From positions 34,983-98,982 of the forward strand of contig LSRY02000077.1 of assembly GCA_001643675.2 (NCBI GenBank): a DNA stretch of 64,000 bases. The letters are read 5' to 3'. Made by a program: the position numbers and the translations under genes. This document shows, piece after piece, positions 24,944 through 35,052 of this stretch (position 1 is its first letter; every line of letters starts with the position of its first letter). The notes below the pieces were generated by a model. It did no database searches. It had not been told where the DNA came from and saw only the letters and a program-made list of their open reading frames with translations. Origin of the DNA: Monocercomonoides exilis PA203 (Eukaryota > Protista > Preaxostyla).

Positions 24944-26777
24944 TTGAAAAACCAAACTTCTTTTATCATTATCGTCAGTACCACTTTTTTGATACTTCTT
25001 TGTTTGCGAGTGAAATCGAACTTTTGTTTTCCTTCACAAATTCATCGACAAATCAGCAATTCCTTCTTTCTCTTCGTCTTCTTCTCCTTCTTTTCCTGCA
25101 TTTCCTTCTCCCTTTTCATCCACACTTCCCTCTTCTCCCTATTCTCTTTCTTTTCCTTCGCATCTGTCAGCATACTCTCCTCACTGAAGCGGTCTTTCCA
25201 TTCAGTTTTATGTAACTTTTCTTCACCCAGAAGCTGTTCAACATCGACGGAATATCATCCAGTGTTATTCAATCGACTGAACTGTGCTGATTGAATGAAA
25301 GAAGGAAAGGCGGAAAAGATTCCTTTAAAAGAAGATGACGCTAAAAAAAAAACACGGTAAAAAAGCAAATTGAGTGTGAATGCTTTCACAAGTGACTGCA
25401 AGTTTTCGTGGATGGAACTGGTGATAATCTGTAGTTAGTATTAGTTTTAGAGTGAAGTTATAAATAAATTCCAAAAAAAAAGAAAGTTAAAATTAATAAA
25501 TCTTAAAAGAAAAGGAAAAAAGAAAAAGAAAGAAGAAAAAGTGAAAACATGAAATTATCATTGCAAAAAAAAGTTAGATTTATTTAAATTTTTTTAAATT
25601 TCCTTCTTTCTTATTTAAGTGAAAAAATGCAAAATTGTTTCATAAATTGTATGACACACCTTTATTTAATCAAACATTTCTATTGTAGTCTGTTCCGTCT
25701 TTTTGATTCGTTTCTTCTTCTTCCATGTGGCTTCAAGGTTTGCCTCGAAATCCACACAGAAATCGGTGAATCAACAATAATCATCAAAACAACCCAAAAT
25801 GATGTATTTTCCAAAAAACTTAACAAGCGTCTTTACCGATAAATACACATCAGCGGTAACACCATTGAACGATTAATATGTTGAAATGAATTCAAAATTC
25901 AGCATGTGCTTGGTTCCGCATATTATTTCAATCTCCCTTCGCCATCTCGACTTTGTTCATCTTCTCTCAGCCTCAAAACCTTTTGGAATAAAATCTCTTT
26001 CAATGATCAATAAACGATGCTGTACATTGTTGCCTTGATAAATTCTCTTATGCGTTCAATTATAACGCGCTCAATCATCAAAAAACTGCGAATTGATGAA
26101 AGCTTCATTCCCTCCATCATTTTTCATTCAGCTTGAACAACCCTCTCAAGTCACGAACAAATAACAAAATCATCCTGATGTCTCAAAACTTTTCCCAACA
26201 CATTAAATTTGAAACATTCCCGGAAACAAGCAAACACTCTGAAATAACAGAAAAAATCATTTCTGACAAGGAAAGCTTCCAGAAAACTCTAAATGTGAGG
26301 GGAATAAGTGTAATATTAATGTGTTTTAATTTAAAGGAGCTCTGAAGTGAGTGCACGATTAATGAGCAAACTGTTTCTTTTCTCTCTCTTTTTTTGAAAA
26401 GTTCAAAAAAGCACCAAATTTCCCCTTCTTTGTTTCACTCAGAATGTTAAAATAGATATTTTTTTAAATACTCAATTCCAGACATGTGGGATATTTTCCG
26501 ATATGTTCAACTATTCATCGAAATTCAATCCATTTCCATGAAATGAATTATTGTTGGTTCGATCAGAAAGAAATTAAACTCTTTCGTATTTGGCTAAATA
26601 CGACCATCATTTCAGCTTCTTTGTGATTTCTTTTTTAACAGAGATTTTTTTTTACTTATCAAAGGAATTGAGTGTGGCCTTTATCTTTGTTTTGTCATCA
26701 ATCATCAATGTTGTTTTTGTTTTTTGTTTTTCAGTTGAATTTTTTTAGAAATTTGATCTTTGTTAATCATAGACAAA

Positions 26778-28244
26778 ATGGAAGTGTACGATGAAGATAA
26801 ATCCAATGATGATATTCAGGGGCCATCACTTGCAGAGACATTTTCAAGTTTGTTTATTATTCTATTTTTTGAGTGTCCAGCGCTTTCCATCAAAATAAAT
26901 TATTTGAAGAATTGTTTTCTGAATTGGAAGACTGCGATGAAGATGAACAAAGAAAGAAAATTGATAAAATGAACGGACTTGTGGAGGAAATGAATAAAGA
27001 AGAATTTGACTCTATTTTCACAGAAGAATTATTCAAAAAAATAGGCAGAATGCTTATGGAAAAGAAAATATCAATGGAGAATGCGGTTTTGTTAACGAAA
27101 CACATTGGATGCTGCAAAGTGCTGAAAGGGATTTGGATCAGGAGTTTTAAAGAATCTTCGCTGAATAAAAGATTTGAGAACATGATTATTGAAGAAGAAA
27201 AGAAAAAAGAAGAGAAGAATGAAAAGCTTCTTGTTGATCTTTGTGAATGCTATATTTTATTGAGCATAGAGGTTTCTTCAGAATTACTTTCAATTTGCGT
27301 ATCTTGTCTTCTGAAAGTTGCGATGAACAAGGAGGAAAGCGAAGAAGCACAAAAAGAAGTGGAAATTGCTTTACTAGCTTTGAATAATACAGGATTAATT
27401 GTGTGAGTTGTTCGATTTCATTTTTGAAGTTATTTATTTGTTTTTCTTGTATTTTTATTAGAGAATTGAACAAAAACTGTATTTGAAGGAAATCAAAGAA
27501 ATCATCAAATATCATCAAGAACACAGAAATCTGACACGACTTGCCTATCAATCAGCTTGGATGTTTTTGATCGACAGACTTTTGGTTGACAATAGCTTGG
27601 AAGATACAATTTTGAATGAGATGCATTTTATCAGAGAAGCTGTTAGAGAGCTAGAAGAGTTGACAAGACGAGTTGATTGGAAGAAGAAAGGAGAGGAAAT
27701 GAGCAAAGAAGAATCGAATGAAGTGCTGGTAATCAGGAGATGGATCCATACAATTGATAGTTTCTTATTATGGTGCGAATTGTGGATCGAAAAACTTTAT
27801 GGGATTATGGGCACCATTGTTCAGGTATTTCGAGAATCAAAGGACAATCAAAGAGAAATTCACCAAGAATGCATTTATTCATTGAGAAAAGCATCTATGA
27901 TCGTTGTTGTTGAAATTGAAGAATTGTTCAAAGGAGGAGCTGTTGAGACTGTAATGGAGGAAATGAATCAATCAACTTTGGATGATGATATTATGTGGGA
28001 TTTTTTTCATTTCTTTTTGAATATTTCAAGAAGACTGATAGAAGAGGATGACGATGACGATGATGATGATGGTGAAAAGGAAGAAGCAAAAAGAAAGGCA
28101 ACGAAAATGGAGATATTCGAAAAGCTGGAAGAAGAAGGATACGAAGATGTTATCACCAGCTTTTTTGAAACATTAAAGTTTCTAAAAGAGAAGTATGATG
28201 AAGATTTATCGTTGAACATTTCGGATTATTCTGTAAATGTATAA
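26778..28244 (+). CDS. Member of a lineage-expanded alpha-helical hypothetical protein family; 3 exons (approx. 26778-26847, 26910-~27401, ~27461-28244)
   Basis: Splicing gives ETFS-KLFSELEDCDEDEQ...KEVEIALLALN...KEIKEIIKYHQEHRNLTRLAYQSAWMFLI...FEKLEEEGYEDVITSF. Introns are GT-AG and a paralog is present at 21.4-22.8 kb. It resembles a large Monocercomonoides family (recollection). Confidence 0.75.
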
Positions 28245-28525
28245 ATTCAAAGCGCTTTTTCTATCTCAAACTTTTCGGAAATTGCATTTGTTCAGTCAGA
28301 AAAAGAAAGGAAACCGAAGAAGAAGTGGAGGAGGATGAAGAGGAGGAAATGTAAGAAGAGAGAGAAAGAGAGAGAGAAAGAGAAAAGAAGGAAGAGGAAA
28401 GAAATATTGATGAAGCGTCAGAAGAAGAAGAAAGAGGAGGAGGAGGAGAGAAAGAAGAAGATATTTCAAAGCATTCCAAAAAAGGCATATCAAAACATTC
28501 AACTTCGGAGAAAAGAGTAAGACAA

Positions 28526-30100
28526 ATGAATAAACCTCATCATCATCATCGGCATCGGAGAAATAATTCTGCTATTCCTTCCTCTTCCTCTTCCTCTTCC
28601 TCTTCCTCTTCCTCTTCTTCTTCTTTCAACGAATCGCAATCTTCGACGAATTCTAAGCATTCTCCGCCAAACTCTCGATATTTCTCATCTGATCTGTCTA
28701 ATGGCTCTTCCTCACAAACACACCCCACACCACAACGTAACACACCTTCTATTTGTATTTCAACTGATTCTTCTTCTTCTTTTTCTTCCGCTTCTTCTTC
28801 TTCTTCTTTTTCTTTTTCTTTTTCTTTTTCTTTTTCTTCTTCTTCTTCTTCTTCTTTTTCTTCTTCTTCTTCTTCTTCTCCTTCTCCTTCTTCTTTTTCT
28901 TCTTTATCATCGACTTTATCATTTTCTCCATTGTCAATAGCATCATCTTCCACTTCGACTTTTAAAGCACAACTGAAATATACACCAAAATCTGTCATAT
29001 TAACTGCACTTTACACAATTCCGACTGCCAACACACCACATGCTGATGAGCAGGCTGTTTTTGATCAGTAAGATAACATCAGTTCAAATGAAGTTGATAA
29101 TCAAGCAGATAAACAGAAGAATATTCCTCTTCAAAATGATTCTTCATCTGAATTGTCAGTTTCGTCTTCTCCTGTTGCTTCTCAATCAACTGACAATTCA
29201 TTTCAGTCTTCTCCATCAACCTCATCATCTCCATTTTCTCCTCCTTCTTCTTCGACAACTTCATTGACTTGCTTAAAAATGACCATGGCGATATATACAA
29301 ATGAAGAAGAGCACGAAATAGAGCAAGATTTATCAGATTAAGTTATCGAAGAAGAAGACAAATACATCATCACTCCAGAATAGAGAAGCTGGAAAAGGAG
29401 AAAATGGATTCACTTCGTTTCAGAAAAAAGAGGCAAGGAAGGCGATTCGTTGAATAGAATGTCCTGAACCTCTTTCTTCTCGTTAACAAGCTTCCTCTTC
29501 ATGTTCTATATTTAAACTTCTCCTCAATTTCTCATTTCGATTCAAAGCCTTTCCTGTTTTTTCATTCTCTGCATTTGCCTGTTCTTGCTTGAATTCGCTT
29601 GATGCTTCATTTGATAACAATGGATGAGAAAAGAAAGCTATAAGCTCTTTAATGGATGCAATAACTTTAAAATTGAAGGAATAGAATCTTAACATACAGC
29701 CGAGCAAGAGGAGGATGAGGAAGAGGAAAAACAAGAATGAAAATAAAAAGAACAGGAAAATGATAGAGAATTCTGTTTTGATAAAAGGACAAAGAATAAG
29801 TTGAAAGCATGTTTGCGGATTCAGGCTGTTGATTTTAATAAATGTTATCATATGAACACATTTTATTGAGGAGAGTGTTTATTCTGACAACAAAAGGCGA
29901 ATGCTTCGGAGACGAACAGGCGGAATTTGTAGAGCTTAAAGAGAAAGAAAGGATGAATAAATTAATGAAGCATCAGATCCAAAAGCAGTTTCAGCAATTG
30001 GCTTAGAATTCACAGTTTATGAAACACTTCAACTCTGTTGAAGCTCAAATGAGTTTTGAGATTCATTTCTTCTTTTTTAATTCATTGAATCATCGCCTTC
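28526..30100 (+). pseudogene. Degenerate Ser-rich coding-like region interrupted by stops
   Basis: Protein-like stretches (MNKPHHHHRHRRNN..., TPHADEQAVFDQ) broken by in-frame stops. No recognisable domain. Confidence 0.3.
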
Positions 30101-31665
30101 TTCTTCAAAAAACTCATAAAAGATTTATTTAGAGTTTAATTCCTTCTTTCTGATCCGTTTTTTCCAGTGAAAATTCCGCAACTCAGTTGAAGATAGGCTC
30201 TTCAAATGGAATTGAAACGAAACAAAACAAATCGATAAAAGAAGCTCATGCAAAGACAACCTATGCGAAGAAGAAGGGGAAGGGGAAAGAAGTGGAAGAA
30301 GAAGTTTTCTTTTGGAGTTTGTGGTGAAGTGAACGATCTAATGAGAATTTTACAACTTCTTTTCAATTTGGCTGTTTTGTGATTCAAAGAAAAGCAAATA
30401 ACAAAAGGAAGAAATATTGAGAAGCCTCATTTTCATATTTTCAAACTTCTTCAAAGCTTATCATTCTTGGTCTTATGTTTTGAAGAACAATTAACGAAAT
30501 TTTTTTCTAAATTCTCTTTCAACAAAAAAGAAAATGATAGAAAATCTGAAGAAAAATTTTGAAAAGAAATTCTTTTCAAAATTTAACCATTTAGAAACGC
30601 AAAACGAAGTATTATTTCTTGATTGAACAAAAATATGAAGAATTTTTATGCTATTTGTTTATGGTATTTTGATCTGAATTTAAATTTGATATGAGGTGGT
30701 TATGGGGCATAATATTTTTTGCATTTTTTCATGCGAATAGAGAAAAAATGCCAACATGATTGCATATAAAAAATATGCATCAAAAAAAGAAAACTTGTAT
30801 TTCATCATGAGTAAAATATAAAATAATTTTTCAGTTCTTTTTGTTTTTGTCTTTGAAAAAGACAATTTGTTTCTCAATATAAGAATTTACCAATTACCCT
30901 TTTATGAAAAAGAAATTAACCAATTCTTAAAGAAAAAATTATCAAATAGCAGATAAATAAATAAAAAATATATAAATATCTTGTTATTTTTTCAAAAGTC
31001 TTTTGTTAAAAGAAAATATATTTCGAAGAAACCAAAAAATAAATCCAACTCCTTATTCATTCAATTTTGAATACAATGAAATGTTTTTATTGATAACAAA
31101 TAAAAAAATCAAATTGTGCGTTTTTTCAATTATTCACTTGTAGAAAAAGAAAATAAATATTATCACTTTTTTTTTTATATTTTATTTTTTGTCTATTTTT
31201 TTTTTTTTAACTTTTGTTTCATTTTTTTAATTTATCCTTTTATTTATTCATTTTTATAAAAACAATCTAAATTTGATGTGATTGCATCGAACGCAATAAA
31301 ATTGGTGTATAATCATATTTTTGAATGCATCGACATTTTTAAGCAGATTTTTCATTCATTTTCCATCTCGTATAATCACAGGGCAGAAAATATATAATCG
31401 CATTTTTTATTATTGTGGGTGATTTTTTTTAAATGAAAAATCGATTTTTTGATCAAAAATTTAAAATTATTGCTTTTTCAAAAATGTGCTCAAATAAGTC
31501 TAAATAATGACTATTAATGACAAAAATAATTATTTTGTTCAACTGAGAAAAGTGTGTTAATAAAGAAATTACAAAAATGGAAAATTTGATCCATTATTAA
31601 TTGTTTCAAAAATTAATTTTTTCTTTTTCTATGTTTAGTCACACCGTATATAATCACAAACGGAT

Positions 31666-32058
31666 TTAGTCACAAAAAGAAGTGCAAAAATTAAAGTGAT
31701 AAAATCGGATTTTGACTGAATTCAAATATTGGGTGCGATGATACCTAAAAATAGGTCGTACCATTTCATACCACCTTTCTTTCAAATTTTCTCGAAATAT
31801 AATTTTCCTTGTATATCGCATGACAGGTTGTCGATCTGGTGGAACTCCAGCAATTCTTAACCTATTTCTAGTAACTGTATTCCTTCGTCTTAACGCTGCT
31901 TCTATTTTCCCTTCCGTTGGCGCAACTCTGCGCTGATATCTCAACGCATTTCTTCGCTGCTGATCCCACCAGGGAATTACTGGAGCAATACGTTCATAAT
32001 TCCCCGGCCAATTCAGAAATTGCCACTTCTTAACCGGATATTCTTTCCAATATACCAT
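31666..32058 (-). CDS. Basic 130-aa viral-type ORF (ORF3-like, divergent; single copy at left array junction)
   Basis: ATG at 32058 (MVYWKEYPVKKW) occupies the same position relative to the origin as ORF3 in the other units. It shares RNRxR and RxxLxxxxYxxV(R/K)P(I/L)F with ORF3. Confidence 0.65.
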   Translation of the reverse strand: MVYWKEYPVKKWQFLNWPGNYERIAPVIPWWDQQRRNALRYQRRVAPTEGKIEAALRRRNTVTRNRLRIAGVPPDRQPVMRYTRKIIFRENLKERWYEMVRPIFRYHRTQYLNSVKIRFYHFNFCTSFCD

Positions 32059-32088
32059 TTTTGATCTCACCGTTAATAATTTCCGACC

Positions 32089-32139
32089 TCTCAGAAGTCT
32101 CAGAAGTTGCCGATAGGTAATACTAGACTATCGGCAACT
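32089..32139 (-). promoter_or_regulatory. Rolling-circle origin, copy 1 (variant loop): iteron pair + stem-loop with nonanucleotide TAGTATTAC
   Basis: Perfect 12-bp stem AGTTGCCGATAG (32105-32116) / CTATCGGCAACT (32128-32139). The 11-nt loop reads TCTAGTATTAC on the minus strand. Tandem TCTCAGAAG x2 at 32089-32106. Confidence 0.93.
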
Positions 32140-32198
32140 AATTATGGGTTCGGAAAAATTTTTGATCTGACCCATAAAATAATATTTAATTTACCTGA

Positions 32199-33144
32199 AT
32201 GTCACAAATTGAAAACTTCAGAAGCAGAGCATATTGTTTCACGTTAAACAATTATACAAACGATGAATTTGAACACATAAAGCACATAGACTGCAGATAT
32301 TTAGTTGTTGGCGAAGAAGTAGGCGCAATGGGTACACCGCATTTACAAGGTTACGTTCATTTTAAAAATCAGAAGTCCTTTCATACCGTAAAGCTAATGA
32401 TAAGCGAAAGGTGTCACTTAGAAGCTGCCAAGGGATCCCCAGATGACAATCGGAAGTATTGCACCAAAGAAAATAAATTCTTTGAAAAAGGAGAGTTACC
32501 ACAGCAAGGTAAACGTTCAGATATTGATAAAGCAATATCAATGATTCAAGAAGGAAAATCAATCACAGAAGTGGCCAAGGAAATGCCAAAGCAAATCGTA
32601 CTGCACGGAAAAGGATTATCTCACTTAGCTAACATTCTACATGAAGAGCAGCAAGGAGACAGGACAGAAAGAAGGGAAAATTACTGGCTGTGGGGAAAAA
32701 CAGGCTCAGGAAAAACTACTTACGTTAAAAAATAAAGCAAAAGAATTGAAGGAATCATTAGGTTGGAGATGCTACTATTGGCCTGTATCTCCTGGGTTTT
32801 TCACTAACTACACTAATCAAGAAATCGCTGTATTCGACGACTTCGACCCCCATACCATGGACTTTAAAATGTTCTTAAAGATTACAGATCCTTGGTGTAA
32901 TCCAGCTATAAACACCAAAGGAGATTCTGGTACTTTTACTTCAAACTTAGTTTTCTTCACCGCTACAGAACCCGCAGAAACAATATTAAAGGGATGCGTA
33001 GACACAGATGACCAAATGGGTCAGGTTTCTAGAAGAATTAAAAATATTCATGTTCCTAACGATTTACAAGAACCTAACCTAGACGATGAAACAGCACCTA
33101 CTCAACCCGATAACGAATATGACCCTTTTATTAATCAACTTTAA
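32199..33144 (+). CDS. rep: Replication-associated protein, copy 1 (apparent +1 frameshift in A-run 32727-32732)
   Basis: Two overlapping ORFs reconstitute the 314-aa Rep. The run has 6 A versus 5 A in other copies. Confidence 0.85.
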
Positions 33145-33241
33145 TTTTAAATTTTTATTTTAACTTCACTTTTAATATTTAATTCCCAATAGGGTGCAAA
33201 AATGCGTGAATTGATTTTTTTATAATAATAAAAAAAAAATA

Positions 33242-34438
33242 TTAATTATCATCATGTAAAATAGTAAAAGAAGAGGAGGGCCCAGGAGTAGAACCGGTAG
33301 CGCTACTTCCACCACGTGGTTCATTTCCGATTCCACCACTGACCTCCTCAGATTCCTTAACAATAGCATTAGGTCTAGTTCCCTGACTAGTAAAAATTGT
33401 TCCCACAGGTTCATATACACCAGTTTGTATATCTTCTAAAGGCATTCCATTAACATACCTAAAGTAATTAACTTGATCATATTTATAACTTAATGTACAT
33501 TGAGCTGACTGAGATGCACTTTCAAATAAATCATGAAATTTATCCTCAGCTCCAAATCCTCCTAAAATATAAATTGTATAATACCACCTATTTGGCTCCG
33601 TTTCTTGAGTCCATAACGTCTTCATATTTGGATATATATTAAAATGAAATTGAGTTACCCAATTAGTATCAGCACTTATTCTAAGTAACTTATCCATAAA
33701 TAATTGCGCATTAAGGTTAGCCAACCAAGTCCTTTTAAATCCTTTAACATAACCTGATGTTAAAAGATAGGGTCTCTTAAACATAGACCATACATTATTT
33801 CCCAAATCTAAATTTGAACCCCACTTCCTAAATATTATAACTCTAGCATAAGCATGTGACCACTTATTCATATCTTCATCAACATTAAATGGTGATACAT
33901 TAAAAATAAAATTATAACTTATTTTATATAAATTATAATTAGACTTCATATGTTGCACCAAACTAGGCATAGTACCATTAATATTAATATATGTAATAGA
34001 ACCAGAAGGATAATTTAAACTACCACCTGAACTCATTGTCATATTATACATATAAATCACTCCAGTTGCACCTTGTGTAGATCGATAGTCTATTGGTCTA
34101 TTCTTATACAACCAATTAAAATATCTACGTTTCCTTATTCTATATCTCCTACGTAATCTTCTACGTAAACGCCTTCCTCTTCTTCTCCTACGTCTTATTT
34201 TTATACCCGTTCCAGTTTGCTTTACCTGTTTCCAATTGGGAACTCTACCTTGTCCTGCTTTTCTTATAGTACTATATAACTTACGTCGATTATGCCATTG
34301 CCATAAAGCTGTGGCTGCTCCTCTAATTAACCCTGACCCCCCTGCATATTTCACTAACCTAGCTGCAGGTCTAGCAATATTAGTAACATTTCTAGCTAAA
34401 GTAGCTGCTGTTGATGAATATGGCAATATAGCTGCCAT
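33242..34438 (-). CDS. cap: Putative capsid protein, 398 aa, copy 1
   Basis: Arg-rich arm RRRRRRGRRLRRRLRRRYRIRKRR followed by an aromatic, beta-rich region. Ambisense to Rep, ATG at 34438. Confidence 0.85.
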   Translation of the reverse strand: MAAILPYSSTAATLARNVTNIARPAARLVKYAGGSGLIRGAATALWQWHNRRKLYSTIRKAGQGRVPNWKQVKQTGTGIKIRRRRRRGRRLRRRLRRRYRIRKRRYFNWLYKNRPIDYRSTQGATGVIYMYNMTMSSGGSLNYPSGSITYININGTMPSLVQHMKSNYNLYKISYNFIFNVSPFNVDEDMNKWSHAYARVIIFRKWGSNLDLGNNVWSMFKRPYLLTSGYVKGFKRTWLANLNAQLFMDKLLRISADTNWVTQFHFNIYPNMKTLWTQETEPNRWYYTIYILGGFGAEDKFHDLFESASQSAQCTLSYKYDQVNYFRYVNGMPLEDIQTGVYEPVGTIFTSQGTRPNAIVKESEEVSGGIGNEPRGGSSATGSTPGPSSSFTILHDDN

Positions 34439-34492
34439 AAAAAATGACGTGGAAAAAAGGAATTTTATGATCAAAAATGAGACATATAAAAT

Positions 34493-34903
34493 TTAATTAT
34501 GGTACACTATTTCTGGAACATAAACCCTAGTATCCCAAATACCATTAAATAACATATATATTCGATGATGTTCCTTAAAAGCTGCATCAAATAACGGTTT
34601 AACCCTTTTATAAACCATCTTAAACAAAGCTTGCCTCCTTCTATGAGCACTACCTACTCTTCTCAAAGCACGCGGCCTTTTCCTATTTCTAATAGTTAAT
34701 ATTCTCCACAATACATTAAATTCTTCAAGACATTTAGCTACAACTTCATTACATCGTTCCATATACCAATCGATATTCTCCATTTGCATCTTCCACGCAC
34801 GCGTCCAACGAGGTGCCCACATAACATCTACATCTTCAATAAATGCCTTCCGAGAAAGTGGAATATCACCTAACCAATCATCATTATCGATATTAAACGC
34901 CAT
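34493..34903 (-). CDS. Viral ORF3, 136-aa protein of unknown function, copy 1
   Basis: ATG-initiated ORF filling the space between origin and cap, intact in all 10 units. Confidence 0.8.
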   Translation of the reverse strand: MAFNIDNDDWLGDIPLSRKAFIEDVDVMWAPRWTRAWKMQMENIDWYMERCNEVVAKCLEEFNVLWRILTIRNRKRPRALRRVGSAHRRRQALFKMVYKRVKPLFDAAFKEHHRIYMLFNGIWDTRVYVPEIVYHN

Positions 34904-34942
34904 ATATAATATTTTTGATCTGACCCTTAATAATTTCCGACC

Positions 34943-34993
34943 TCTCAGAAGTCTCAGAAGTTGCCGATAGGTAATACTAAACTATCGGCAACT
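34943..34993 (-). promoter_or_regulatory. Rolling-circle origin, copy 2 (representative of copies 2-11)
   Basis: Same stem (34959-34993) and iterons. The loop reads TTTAGTATTAC on the minus strand. Confidence 0.93.
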
Positions 34994-35052
34994 AATTATG
35001 GGTTCGGAAAAATTTTTGATCTGACCCATAAAATAATATTTAATTTACCTGA

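Noticed and set aside
23545-25294. Poly-K, poly-S, CVCV and HTHT ORFs
   Set aside because: They are translations of microsatellites and degenerate low-complexity DNA. No coherent gene model could be built.
32727-32732. Programmed frameshift or true inactivation in Rep copy 1 (and copy 9 at 55324-55327)
   Set aside because: Both are single-base changes in A-runs, and homopolymer lengths vary throughout the array, so they are most likely long-read errors.
34439-34474. 410-aa capsid isoform in some copies
   Set aside because: It starts at TTG and depends on an A-run length. The shared ATG gives 398 aa in all copies.
32362-34496. Small antisense or overlapping ORFs in each viral unit (62-91 aa)
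   Set aside because: They recur only because the unit repeats, their ends shift with homopolymer length, and they have no motifs.
34430-34510. Splicing of ORF3 to cap into one protein
   Set aside because: Both ORFs have their own ATG and stop, and there is no compelling splice-site pair. RNA data would be needed.
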